NCBI GenBank assembly: GCA_963825135.1 | Contig: CAWGRW010000009.1 | Coordinates: forward strand, 928,001 to 992,000 | Length of the DNA stretch: 64,000 nucleotides | Origin: an uncultured bacterium | GTDB lineage: Bacteria > Desulfobacterota_D > UBA1144 > Nemesobacterales > UBA2774 | Direction of reading: 5' to 3' | Shown here: positions 40,670-50,109 of the stretch, one piece after another | How positions within the stretch are numbered: the stretch's first letter is position 1 | Layout of the letters: each line of letters starts with the position of its first letter | Position numbers and translations under genes: made by a program | The notes under the pieces: model-generated | Seen by the model: the letters and a program-made list of their open reading frames with translations, nothing else | What the model was told of the DNA's origin: nothing | Databases searched by the model: none

Positions 40670-41164
40670 ATGAAACGTAAACGCATAGAACCCGCGCCGG
40701 GTCAGGAATCCGTACAGGACTACCCGAGACCGCCCCGTATCGAGAAATCAATAAAGCACGTCGAGGTCTTCTTCAATAATATATTGATTGCGGATTCCAC
40801 CGACGCCAGGCGTGTCCTCGAGACGAGCAGCCCGCCCGTATATTACATCCCGCGGGATGACATCGAAATGAAATATCTCATCCCGGCCGCGAAAATGACC
40901 GTATGCGAATGGAAGGGCGCGGCGTCCTATTATTCTGTTTCAGTCCATGACAAACGCGCCGATAACGCGGCCTGGCACTATCCCGAACCCGCGCCGGGCT
41001 ATGAATCTATAATTGGCTATATCGCGTTTTATCCCCAGTTGACGGATGCCTGTTATCTCGACGGGGAGCTCGTAATACCTCAGCCCGGAAGTTTCTACGG
41101 CGGATGGATTACTGCCGGCATAGTGGGCCCTTTCAAGGGCGAGCCCGGCACCGAAGGCTGGTGA
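40670..41164 (+). CDS. DUF427 family protein
   Basis: ESVQDYPRPP, RVLETSSPPVYYIP, CEWKG, FYGGWIT. Confidence 0.85.
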   Translation: MKRKRIEPAPGQESVQDYPRPPRIEKSIKHVEVFFNNILIADSTDARRVLETSSPPVYYIPRDDIEMKYLIPAAKMTVCEWKGAASYYSVSVHDKRADNAAWHYPEPAPGYESIIGYIAFYPQLTDACYLDGELVIPQPGSFYGGWITAGIVGPFKGEPGTEGW

Positions 41165-41289
41165 ATTTGCACGACCGTTTCCGTTGGTTCCAACTACATG
41201 CTCGTCTGCAACCTGTTATCGGCCGTGGCGGCATCGCCCTTATTAATGCCCGGCAAGTGTAACATCAACCGGCCTCTCTCTTATCGGCC

Positions 41290-42018
41290 TCACGGCTGGT
41301 CCGACGAGAAATCGAACGACATGGTCAAACCCCTTATAGTCCCCTCCGCCCTCTCGAGCGACTTGCTCTCCTTATTGAAAATAAACTCGGTCTCGAATTC
41401 GAAGTAATCCGGATTAGGGTCGGATCCGTTTTTTTTCAAATAATACAGGTATGTGTACTTGATTGTCTCGGACTTGTCCTCAACGGAATAGGGTCTTCCC
41501 AGAGTATCGACGATGTTCTCCATGCCGGGAATCTCCTCCGGACTACTCCCCCTGAATTGAGAGCTGGCGCTTTTCGAAAGCTTGTTTATATCAGCCTCTC
41601 CCATCGAGCTGAGCATCTTTCTCAGGAGCGGGATAGATATGTCTTTCAGAAAGCGTTCCGGGAAAATTATTTCCTTGACCATATCGTTCTGCATTAGCAT
41701 CAATAAGGGTATATCGTACTCATGCCCCTCGCCTCCTCCCGTAAGATACTGCTTCTCGAATATATAAGTCCATTTTTCCCCCTGCCCGTTCTTTTCCTTC
41801 TTTAGCGGTTCGTTTTTCATAAGCCATACCATATCCCCTGACTCAAGCACGGGATTGAGGAAGATGAGAACCAGCCCGCCTTTGTCGCTCAGCTCGAAAT
41901 TATTTTCAAAATCATTTAACTGATTCTTAACTTTATATAATCTCATGAATACGCAGCCGGTCACGAGCAATATCGAAGCAAGAACCAAAGATCGGACTAA
42001 CAACCGTTTCGGATTCAT
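41290..42018 (-). CDS. hypothetical lipoprotein
   Basis: Signal peptide with lipobox LVTG-C; no other recognised motif. Confidence 0.7.
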   Translation of the reverse strand: MNPKRLLVRSLVLASILLVTGCVFMRLYKVKNQLNDFENNFELSDKGGLVLIFLNPVLESGDMVWLMKNEPLKKEKNGQGEKWTYIFEKQYLTGGGEGHEYDIPLLMLMQNDMVKEIIFPERFLKDISIPLLRKMLSSMGEADINKLSKSASSQFRGSSPEEIPGMENIVDTLGRPYSVEDKSETIKYTYLYYLKKNGSDPNPDYFEFETEFIFNKESKSLERAEGTIRGLTMSFDFSSDQP

Positions 42019-42134
42019 CTGATGAATTTATCTCCTGAGCGTCCGGGCAGGATATAGTTTTTGGAAGCGCACGTTTAATTTACTTTATTTTACAACACGG
42101 CCGCAACTGGAGATAATAATAAGGCTGTAATAAA

Positions 42135-42225
42135 GCAAAAACGGGAGTACTTCTCAGTCAAGAAGTACTCCCGTTCTCTTAAAGGAGGATGGAGGATGAT
42201 TTTTAAGTACTGCGTTTAATTTTAT
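42135..42225 (-). ncRNA. candidate small RNA or attenuator leader with tandem CCUCC motifs
   Basis: Promoter TTGACA (42259-42254), 17 bp, TACTTT; body AUCAUCCUCCAUCCUCCUUU; perfect 15-bp stem (42140-42175) followed by a U tract. Confidence 0.55.
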
Positions 42226-42518
42226 ATATAAAAGTAAAGTACGATACTTTGAATGTCAAGGAATTATTTTAACCGCACCCGGCAAATTGAAGAAATTCAC
42301 ATTTTGGCTACGCAACTATTTGAATTTATTTATATTATTACAACCTCATCAAAGCGGTAATTTTTTCGCTCCGATATCGAAACGGAGGCAAAAAATCGCG
42401 GTAAAAAAAATAACTGTAAATTCGTGGTATTCATCAGGCGATGGAAATAAAAGGCGTGCCCCGGACGGTTATTGAAAAATCATACAAAATCATTACATTG
42501 TAGCTCGGTCAATCCATC

Positions 42519-43400
42519 ATGAGCTCCATAACACTCCTCTCCCCCGCAAAGGTCAATCTGACGCTCGAGGTTCTGGGGACAAGGCCCGACGGTTACCACG
42601 ATATCAGGTCGCTCATCCAGCCGGTCGACCTGTTCGACGAGGTGAAGATAGAGACGATCGAAGGCGAAGGAATCTTAATCAGCTCAAGCGGAATAGAGAT
42701 TCCCCAGGGGAAGGACAACCTCGCCTGGCAAGCTGCCGATATGTTTCTCCGGGAAACCGGTTTCGATACAGGCGTAGCGATAACGATAAAAAAGAAAATC
42801 CCGCCCGGCTCGGGACTTGGGGGCGGGAGCAGCAACGCGGCGGCCGTGCTCACGGGGCTAAACAGGATAACGAACGCGTTGCCTGAAGAAACGCTCTTCG
42901 GAATCTCGCCCCGGCTTGGGGCGGACGTGGCTTTTTTCCTGCGGTCTGTCGCGTCGGTAGCGGAGGGCATAGGCGAACGGATAACGGCAATAAAGGATTT
43001 CCCGCTTCTCTACTACGTCATCTTATGTCCGAGCCTCCATGTTTCGACAGTCGACGTTTACAGGAAATGGGACGAGCTGAATGCCGGGATTCCCGGCGAT
43101 AAGCCGCTCCTAGACATCGATGAAACAATAGAGGGGTTCAGGGGAGGAACCGGGGATTTCCCACTCCATAACGACCTGGAGGCGCCCGCATTCAGTTTAT
43201 TCCCGGAGATAAAAGCATTCAAGCAGATACTCTCCTCCCTCGACGTAAAGAACGTCCTCATGACCGGCAGCGGCTCGGCCGTCTTTGCCGCATTCAGGGA
43301 CGAGCTCGAAGCACACGAGATTTACGAATACCTTAAAACGAGCCCCACGTTTCAGGTCTTTTTCGCAACGGGCATCAGGGGATGGCACAGATTGATCTGA
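42519..43400 (+). CDS. ispE: 4-diphosphocytidyl-2-C-methyl-D-erythritol kinase
   Basis: PAKVNLTL, DGYH, GLGGGSSNAA, GADV, MTGSGS. Confidence 0.95.
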   Translation: MSSITLLSPAKVNLTLEVLGTRPDGYHDIRSLIQPVDLFDEVKIETIEGEGILISSSGIEIPQGKDNLAWQAADMFLRETGFDTGVAITIKKKIPPGSGLGGGSSNAAAVLTGLNRITNALPEETLFGISPRLGADVAFFLRSVASVAEGIGERITAIKDFPLLYYVILCPSLHVSTVDVYRKWDELNAGIPGDKPLLDIDETIEGFRGGTGDFPLHNDLEAPAFSLFPEIKAFKQILSSLDVKNVLMTGSGSAVFAAFRDELEAHEIYEYLKTSPTFQVFFATGIRGWHRLI

Positions 43401-43506
43401 TATCCCCCGAGCTGGCTCGGAAGAGTTGCCAGGTTAAATTTTATTATTTGTGTAAAATAGTTATTCCCGGATTGCATATTACTGGCACCGTCAAAGGAGG
43501 ACAGGC

Positions 43507-44034
43507 TTGATATACTCACTCGGAGAACTAAAGGTAGAAATAAAAGGGGACGATTATTACATCGCGGACAACGCGGTCGTAATCGGCGCCGTAATAATCC
43601 ACAACAACGTAAGCATCTGGTATAACGCCGTGATAAGGGGTGATTACGAGCCCATCACCATTCTCGAAGATACCAACATCCAGGACGGTGTAGTCATCCA
43701 CACGGACGCCGGCGTTCCGACGACCATAGGCAGGGGCGTCACGGTCGGCCACCAGGCCATGCTCCACGGGTGCACGATAGGCGACAACAGCCTTATCGGG
43801 ATAAACGCGGTGCTGCTCAACAATTCCCGTATCGGAAAAAATTGCATTGTCGGAGCGAACTGCCTGATAACCCAGGGCAAGGTCATACCCGACAATTCAA
43901 TGGTTCTCGGCTCTCCCGGCAAGGTAGTCAGGGAGGTCACGCCCGCCGAGATAGAGGACCTTAAATCGTCGGCCGGGCACTATGTGAATAATTTCAAAAG
44001 GTTTAAAAAGGAACTGAAACCGCAGGATTTGTAA
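43507..44034 (+). CDS. gamma carbonic anhydrase family protein
   Basis: Hexapeptide repeats; RGD, NIQD, H-T-D and GHQAMLHGC motifs. Confidence 0.92.
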   Translation: MIYSLGELKVEIKGDDYYIADNAVVIGAVIIHNNVSIWYNAVIRGDYEPITILEDTNIQDGVVIHTDAGVPTTIGRGVTVGHQAMLHGCTIGDNSLIGINAVLLNNSRIGKNCIVGANCLITQGKVIPDNSMVLGSPGKVVREVTPAEIEDLKSSAGHYVNNFKRFKKELKPQDL

Positions 44035-44056
44035 TATAGAACAATGAAGCGGGGGC

Positions 44057-45676
44057 TTAATTCTTCCCGTAAAGCTCCTCTATGTATTCTTCCTCTTTCC
44101 CTTCTTCGCGGGGGGCCGAGATTTCCCTGTAGAAATCCTCCCCGTACTCCCTCGTCCTCACCACGACCGGCATCGGGACCGCGTGCCCCAGAATGAGTGC
44201 CTGCTGCTTCGTGTCGAGGCTCGCGAGCACGGACCTGAGACCCGACGTATTGCTCACGCCCGTAAGCACGGACTGGATGTCCTTCTCGTCGTTGAGGAGC
44301 GCTGTGATCCTCGTGCCCACCTGCGAAATCACCTCGTCGTCTATCCCGGACGGCCTCTGATCGACTATCAGCATCGTCACCGAATATTTCCTGAGCTCCC
44401 TCGCTATAGTCCCGAATATGGTCTGCTTCGATGCCTGAGAATTCAGGAACTTGTGCGCCTCCTCGATAGTTATCATGAGCTGCCTCGGCTTGTCCGAGGA
44501 CTCCTTCGTGGCGTGGTATTTCTCCGTCCTGTCTATATAGGTGTCGTGGATTCTTCTCGATATGATGTTCGCTGCGAGCAGGTACGCGAGCGCGCTGTTG
44601 CTCCTGCCGAACTCGAGCACGATGCTTATCCCTCGCCCCAGATGGTCCAGTATCTTCTTGATCGTCCCCTCGCTCCGGGTGCTGTCTTCGACGACGAACG
44701 GGAGCGCCCTTATCCTGTTGAGCTTCCTCCTCATGGCCGAAAGGGACTGCATATGAGTGCCGAGCTCCTTTGAAATGTCAGCGAGCTCCTCTTCTTTCCA
44801 AGACAGGAGCTCGGAGAGCCACCTGTTCCCGTATTTCCTGTATATCGCGAACGCCGACTCAACAGCCGTCGTATTCAGCTGAAGCTCGTCCTGAAGGAGC
44901 GCTATGTCCTCGATGTCGATGTCGTCCAGCGATACGAACGCCTCGACGTCGGGCTTCCGCCCCCGCTTTCTGGTCGATGCGGGATCGAGGGAGAATATGG
45001 CGACCTTCTCCGGGAAGAGCTGCTTCAACCCCTTGACGAACCCCTTCCCGCCCTCGCTCTCTGTCTCCCACCCGTACTCGTTGTGCATGTCGAATATGAG
45101 GTTGACCGCTTTGCCGTACCTGATAACGCCCGCCAGCATCACCCTCGTTAAAAAGGTCTTCCCCGTCCCGCTCTTGCCGAATATGCCGTTACTCCTCTCG
45201 ACGAACCTGTCGAGGTTTATGCAGACCGGTATGTCCATGTCGAGCGGAGTGCCTATGTTGAAATACTTCCCCTTCCTGTCCTCCCTGCCGAATACGGTGC
45301 TCACGTCCCCCTCGGTCGCCTCCGAAACCGCCGCGAAATGCGGGGGTATTGTCTTCACCGGCCTTAGCTCCTCGTCCCCGCGGGATAGCATGAGCATGGG
45401 CCTGAGCTCGATAGTGGCGTAAGCGCTCGTGCCCGAAAGCACGCTCCTCAGGAGCTCCTCTTCCCTGGACGGCGGATTGACCAGTATGTTGGGGGATGAA
45501 GCGTCTAACCTTACGTCGGTGATAAGAGAAAAGAACTCATTGTAGAGCCCGTGGACGACGACGAACTTCCCGGCCTTCACCTCTTCGACGCTTCTCTCCG
45601 GGCTTAGCTTCATTTGAAGCCCTTCGACGAGCGAGCCGCTCGTAATGAGACCGAGATCCTTCACGTCCTGAGCCAT
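44057..45676 (-). CDS. HerA/FtsK-family ATPase (DUF87)
   Basis: N-terminal HAS-barrel-like region, GKSGTGKT, FDMHNEY, IEEAHKF, RELRKY, DQRP. Start placed at ATG 45676. Confidence 0.85.
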   Translation of the reverse strand: MAQDVKDLGLITSGSLVEGLQMKLSPERSVEEVKAGKFVVVHGLYNEFFSLITDVRLDASSPNILVNPPSREEELLRSVLSGTSAYATIELRPMLMLSRGDEELRPVKTIPPHFAAVSEATEGDVSTVFGREDRKGKYFNIGTPLDMDIPVCINLDRFVERSNGIFGKSGTGKTFLTRVMLAGVIRYGKAVNLIFDMHNEYGWETESEGGKGFVKGLKQLFPEKVAIFSLDPASTRKRGRKPDVEAFVSLDDIDIEDIALLQDELQLNTTAVESAFAIYRKYGNRWLSELLSWKEEELADISKELGTHMQSLSAMRRKLNRIRALPFVVEDSTRSEGTIKKILDHLGRGISIVLEFGRSNSALAYLLAANIISRRIHDTYIDRTEKYHATKESSDKPRQLMITIEEAHKFLNSQASKQTIFGTIARELRKYSVTMLIVDQRPSGIDDEVISQVGTRITALLNDEKDIQSVLTGVSNTSGLRSVLASLDTKQQALILGHAVPMPVVVRTREYGEDFYREISAPREEGKEEEYIEELYGKN

Positions 45677-45740
45677 ATTGTCAGCATTCAGCATAGCCAA
45701 GCAGGCCGGCTTTAGCAAGAAATCAGGCAATGGAGCACGT

Positions 45741-46301
45741 TCAATTCTTCTCCGTCGCGAGATCGAGCGTCCAGTAGCGGGCCGATTGTCCGTGGAACCT
45801 CCCTTCGGCCGTTCCTACGCCCACGTCCTCGAATGACGGGGTCATCAGTATCTCGCAGTGCTCGGGGGACGCTAAAAAGCTCTCTATGACCTTGGTTTCC
45901 TTGTCGAAACCCACGAGAATATTCTCGCCCCAGTCGCTCGGGTCATAGCCTTCGTTCATCAGCCGGTCGCCCGTGTTGGAGCCGTCCGAGCCCTCGTGGT
46001 CGAAAAACCCGTTCTCCGCCATGTCTATGGAGTGACCGAGCGCGGCGGCCTCGACCCTGTCGTCCCAATTGACCGGCGGAGCCGCGGGGAAGAACGTGTC
46101 CCCGCAGTCCCTCGCCTCGGCCCTCGCTTCGTTGATGAGATCGAGCATAGTGGTCTGGAAATCGCCGGGGGGAGGGGAGCCGGTTGGCGGCGGGGTCGTG
46201 GGCTCAGGCGTGGAATCGCCCCCGCCCTGCCCGCCGTCGCATGCAGTAAAAAGCAGCAGTAAAACTATCAGAATCGCGTTTATAGTCAGTAATTTTTTGA
46301 T
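45741..46301 (-). CDS. CAP/SCP-domain lipoprotein
   Basis: Lipobox FTA-C, Pro-rich linker, INEARA, HSIDMA..FFDH, GENI, SPEHC. Best RBS context gives ATC at 46301. Confidence 0.82.
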   Translation of the reverse strand: MKKLLTINAILIVLLLLFTACDGGQGGGDSTPEPTTPPPTGSPPPGDFQTTMLDLINEARAEARDCGDTFFPAAPPVNWDDRVEAAALGHSIDMAENGFFDHEGSDGSNTGDRLMNEGYDPSDWGENILVGFDKETKVIESFLASPEHCEILMTPSFEDVGVGTAEGRFHGQSARYWTLDLATEKN

Positions 46302-46334
46302 CGAAGTATACTCCTTATTTCTGTCCTTTATACC

Positions 46335-46483
46335 GTCACCCTGAGCTTGTCGAAGAACGATTCCGAGCAAGTGAGGAATCGGACGCCCTAGCTAACACTG
46401 TGCTAATGCTAATTAACTTGGCAAGCATGTAACTAGGTTATTCTGTCATTGCGGAGAGCGTATTCGGCGACCGCGGCAATCTC
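46335..46483. repeat. cluster of degenerate REP/palindromic repeat arms
   Basis: GTCACCCTGAGCTTGTCGAAG (46335-46355), GATTCCGAGCAAGTGAGGAATC (46359-46380) and GTCATTGCG...CGCGGCAATCTC (46445-46483) resemble widespread bacterial intergenic palindromic repeats. Confidence 0.55.
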
Positions 46484-46641
46484 ATCTTTTTCCTTTCCAT
46501 TGCAGCAACGGAGGACGCCCCGGCACATCTAATTTAAGCCTACACAATTATATCCTGCAGTCCCGTCATTACAAAGCTCGATACCCCCTTTCGTTGCTTT
46601 TATGTATCCTTATGATAAATTACAAGCCTGCTTTGAATGAC

Positions 46642-46719
46642 GGCCCCTTCGTCTAGCCTGGCCTAGGACGTAGCCCTCTCAAGGCTAAAACACGGGTTCG
46701 AATCCCGTAGGGGCTACCA
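46642..46719 (+). tRNA. tRNA-Glu (CTC)
   Basis: Cloverleaf; anticodon arm TAGCC-CT-CTC-AA-GGCTA, GGTTCGAATCC T arm, encoded CCA. Confidence 0.96.
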
Positions 46720-46846
46720 AATGGTTACAATAACTTACAAAACTTTTTATGCTAGCTTGAATTTGCAGGTCAGTGGATTTGTCAGTTAGTCTCTCTGGAA
46801 ATCAAATCGCAAATCTCGGATAACTTTACTCAACGAGGGGGGAAGT

Positions 46847-47323
46847 ATGTATCCGCATGCAACGAGAGTCAATCCTTCGGAAGAGACCATCATGATAGGT
46901 CCGCTAGAGATACGGTTCCTGATCACGGGCGATGATTCCAACGGCAGCGTTTCTGTGTTCGAAGTTCTCGTCCCCGCCGGGCGGAAACTGGCGGCGCCAG
47001 CCCACATGAACGACGCCTTCGAAGAAATCCTCTACGGTATCGAGGGCGTACTTACCTGGACGGTTGACGGCACACCCATCGAGGTTGGTCCCGGGCAGAC
47101 GCTGTGCATCCCAAGAGGCGCAGTGCACCGCTTCGATAACCTCAGCGGCGGGGATGTGAAACAGCTCGCCGTCATAACCCCCGCGATAATGGGCCCCGCG
47201 TACTTCCGTGAAGCTGCCGAAGTAATCGGTGCCGCCGGGGGCGGACCGCCTGACCGCGCGAAGATGTCGGACGTCTTCCGGCGTCATGGCATGACAGTAG
47301 CCGCTCCCCCGCCTGTTAAGTAG
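46847..47323 (+). CDS. cupin domain protein
   Basis: PAH..FEEILYGIEG and IPRGAVHRFDN cupin motifs. Confidence 0.88.
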   Translation: MYPHATRVNPSEETIMIGPLEIRFLITGDDSNGSVSVFEVLVPAGRKLAAPAHMNDAFEEILYGIEGVLTWTVDGTPIEVGPGQTLCIPRGAVHRFDNLSGGDVKQLAVITPAIMGPAYFREAAEVIGAAGGGPPDRAKMSDVFRRHGMTVAAPPPVK

Positions 47324-47367
47324 CAAGCGGCTGGTTTGGTTTCTCACCCCCCCCGCGCCAAGTTGAA

Positions 47368-47409
47368 TCAAGGCTAAAACACGGGTTCGAATCCCGTAGG
47401 GGCTACCAA
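47368..47409 (+). repeat. 42-bp exact duplicate of the tRNA-Glu 3' half (att-like)
   Basis: TCAAGGCTAAAACACGGGTTCGAATCCCGTAGGGGCTACCAA is identical to 46679-46720. Confidence 0.92.
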
Positions 47410-47483
47410 CCGCCTGCATTTATCCAACATCCATCCCGATAGACTCCGACGATCCTCTTGATGTATATTTAGGGCATCACAAT

Positions 47484-48092
47484 ATGCGAGGATGGACGAT
47501 GAAATACAGCTATTTATTCCTGACTGCCGTTCTTATGATTCTTGTCACCCCTTTAACATCCGTCACCGCCGACCCCGCTGATACATCAAGCTCAGGCGCA
47601 GATGAAGTTATAGTCGGCAAGGAAGGTGCCGACAAAATAGATTCGGGTGAAGGTAACGATAATATCGCGGGAAAGGGCGGGAACGATTTCATCGAGGCCG
47701 GTGAGGGGGAGGATCTCGTTTCGGGCGGCGCAGGGGATGATAAGATACGGGGCGGACCGGGCGATGACTATATAATGGGGAACGACGGCAACGATACGGT
47801 TGACGACGGGCCCGGCAGCGACTTCATCAACCTCGGCAAGGGGAACGACATCCTCGTTTATTATCTCGACAACAATAAAGGGTATACGGATTACGCCGTC
47901 GGCGGTGAGGGTGACGATACCCTCGTGATCGTGTCGGACAACCTTAACGATATGATGAAAAACGACATTCTCAAGTATTACGAGGAGCAGAACATGATAG
48001 GCACAGACGTCGCCCATCTAGGTAAATTCAACGTTTCTCTGGGAGTGAGTGAATTCGAGCACGTCGTATTTGCGACCGGTTTTGCATTCTAA
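47484..48092 (+). CDS. secreted calcium-binding protein with RTX-type GGxGxD repeats
   Basis: Signal peptide followed by consecutive nonapeptide repeats (GEGND, KGGND, GAGDD, GPGDD). Confidence 0.85.
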   Translation: MRGWTMKYSYLFLTAVLMILVTPLTSVTADPADTSSSGADEVIVGKEGADKIDSGEGNDNIAGKGGNDFIEAGEGEDLVSGGAGDDKIRGGPGDDYIMGNDGNDTVDDGPGSDFINLGKGNDILVYYLDNNKGYTDYAVGGEGDDTLVIVSDNLNDMMKNDILKYYEEQNMIGTDVAHLGKFNVSLGVSEFEHVVFATGFAF

Positions 48093-48343
48093 AACAGGAT
48101 TTCCCCGTAGATGCGAGATCGATTCTTCGACATATTCACAGTCCGCTGATACCAATCCCGACGGCGCCGGGTCGGCAAACTCAAGGCGAAACCCGCAGCG
48201 GCCGCAGGTTCGTCTATAATCCTCCTCCCGTTATTAACCACGATTATCCGTGTAAGATGTTATTTTGACGGCTGAATCCCGAACACGGCGGATTGACATC
48301 CGTACAAGAAAGAATCTATAAATAAGTCAGGGGCTCTGAGTTC

Positions 48344-49963
48344 ATGGACAAAATCCTGATTATAATTCAGGTCGCGGGCGGCATCGGTATATTTCTCCTG
48401 GGCATGATCGTAATGACGGACGGGCTCCGCTCGCTCGCGGGTCACGCGATGCGCTCCGTGTTGATGCGTTTTACGAAGAGCCCGCTGACAGGCGCACTGA
48501 CAGGGGCTATAAGCACCGCAATACTTCAGGCCTCCGGCATTACAACGGTTGCTGCAATAGGTTTCGTGGGCGCCGGATTAATAACCTTCCCGGAATCCCT
48601 CGGCATTATCTTCGGGGCAAATATCGGCACCACATTTAAAGGCTGGATCATTGCGCTTCTGGGATTCAAGCTCAGCCTTGAAAATGTATTTTTACCTATC
48701 GTATTCGTAGGAGCTATTCTCCGCCTTTTTTCAAAGGGGCGTCTGGCGACTATCGGATATTCGATTGCGGGCTTCGGCCTCGTATTCGTGGGTCTTACGT
48801 TCATGCAGGAATCGATGAGTGAACTGCACGGTTTTGTTTCGTTTGAAAACTTACCCGCCGATACGCTCTCCGGCCGGTTGTTGCTGGTCGCTCTTGGATT
48901 AGTATTTACAGTTATCACGCAATCATCGAGCGCGGGCGTTGCGGCGGCCCTGACGGCACTATTTGCGAATATAATCAATTTCAACCAGGCCGCCGCTCTT
49001 GTAATCGGAATGGATCTTGGCACGACATCCACAGCGGCCATAGCGACAATCGGCGGTTCAGTGGGAGTGAAAAGAACCGGTTTTTCCCATGTTATATTCA
49101 ACCTTTTGACCGCATTATTGGCCCTTTTATTAATAAATCCATTCACCTGGGTTTGGAATTATTTCTCTCCGGGCGAGCTGATCAAAAACGCGGAAATCGC
49201 GCTTGTCGCGTTTCATACCTGCTTTAACACACTGGGCGTAATCATAATACTGCCGTTCACCGGCCAGTTCGCCGGATTTATGGAAAGGTTAATTCCCGAA
49301 AAGGTTTCCGTCTATACACTAAGACTGGACGATGTTTTATTGGAAGATACGGATCTCGCGCTCGACGCCGTGCAATCGACCGTCAGCACGCTGTCTATCG
49401 CGCTGTTCTCGCATGTAAATGCGATCCTCGGGGATACGGAAAGGGGCGCAAGGGCCGATCTCGGCGAGCTTCAATCCGCGCTCAACGAAACTCATACGTT
49501 CGTCGATGGTATCAAACCCGGGTCGTCACAGGGAGCGGAATGGGAGCGGTTATTACATATGTTTCACGCGCTCGACCACTTGCAGCGGCTTCATGAAAGG
49601 TGCGAGGAGGACGAGTATCGCGCTATAACCGCGAGCGGCACGGAGGAGCTCGCGGAGGAATGCGCCATACTGAAAGATGGTATAAGAACAATCGTCGGCG
49701 ATATTGAAGCCAACGACTGGCTCAAGGCCGCCGACAAAGCAAAAGACGCCGCCGCTAAGATACACGTCAAGGTCGGACCTTACAGAAGGAACGTGATAGC
49801 CGGCATAGCCAACGGCACTTTCGATGTATATGCCGGCACCGGGAAGCTCGAAGCGATCAGATGGTTAAGACGAGTCAGCAAGCACATCGCAAGGATAGCG
49901 GAACACGTTAATCTGTCTGTGCCTGCCGCCGGGAAGCCGTCTCAACAACACACACAAACATAA
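48344..49963 (+). CDS. Na/Pi cotransporter family protein with PhoU-like C-terminus
   Basis: GGIGIFLLGM, GANIGTT, QSSSA and GMDLGTT repeats. Confidence 0.88.
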   Translation: MDKILIIIQVAGGIGIFLLGMIVMTDGLRSLAGHAMRSVLMRFTKSPLTGALTGAISTAILQASGITTVAAIGFVGAGLITFPESLGIIFGANIGTTFKGWIIALLGFKLSLENVFLPIVFVGAILRLFSKGRLATIGYSIAGFGLVFVGLTFMQESMSELHGFVSFENLPADTLSGRLLLVALGLVFTVITQSSSAGVAAALTALFANIINFNQAAALVIGMDLGTTSTAAIATIGGSVGVKRTGFSHVIFNLLTALLALLLINPFTWVWNYFSPGELIKNAEIALVAFHTCFNTLGVIIILPFTGQFAGFMERLIPEKVSVYTLRLDDVLLEDTDLALDAVQSTVSTLSIALFSHVNAILGDTERGARADLGELQSALNETHTFVDGIKPGSSQGAEWERLLHMFHALDHLQRLHERCEEDEYRAITASGTEELAEECAILKDGIRTIVGDIEANDWLKAADKAKDAAAKIHVKVGPYRRNVIAGIANGTFDVYAGTGKLEAIRWLRRVSKHIARIAEHVNLSVPAAGKPSQQHTQT

Positions 49964-49971
49964 AGAGAACA

Positions 49972-49994
49972 GTTCGAATCCCGTAAGGGCTGCC
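49972..49994 (+). repeat. degenerate third copy of the tRNA-Glu 3' end
   Basis: GTTCGAATCCCGTAAGGGCTGCC versus tRNA GTTCGAATCCCGTAGGGGCTACC (2 mismatches in 23). Confidence 0.75.
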
Positions 49995-50080
49995 GGGCAT
50001 TTGCCGGATTAACCTAATCTATTGTAATTTCTGTATATTTATAAATCCGCATTTCTGATCCCGGTCTCAGCGAAAACATA

Positions 50081-50109
50081 TTGACACTAAAATCTAACGG
50101 CACTACAAT
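50081..50109 (+). promoter_or_regulatory. near-consensus sigma70 promoter
   Basis: TTGACA, 17 bp, TACAAT. Confidence 0.7.
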
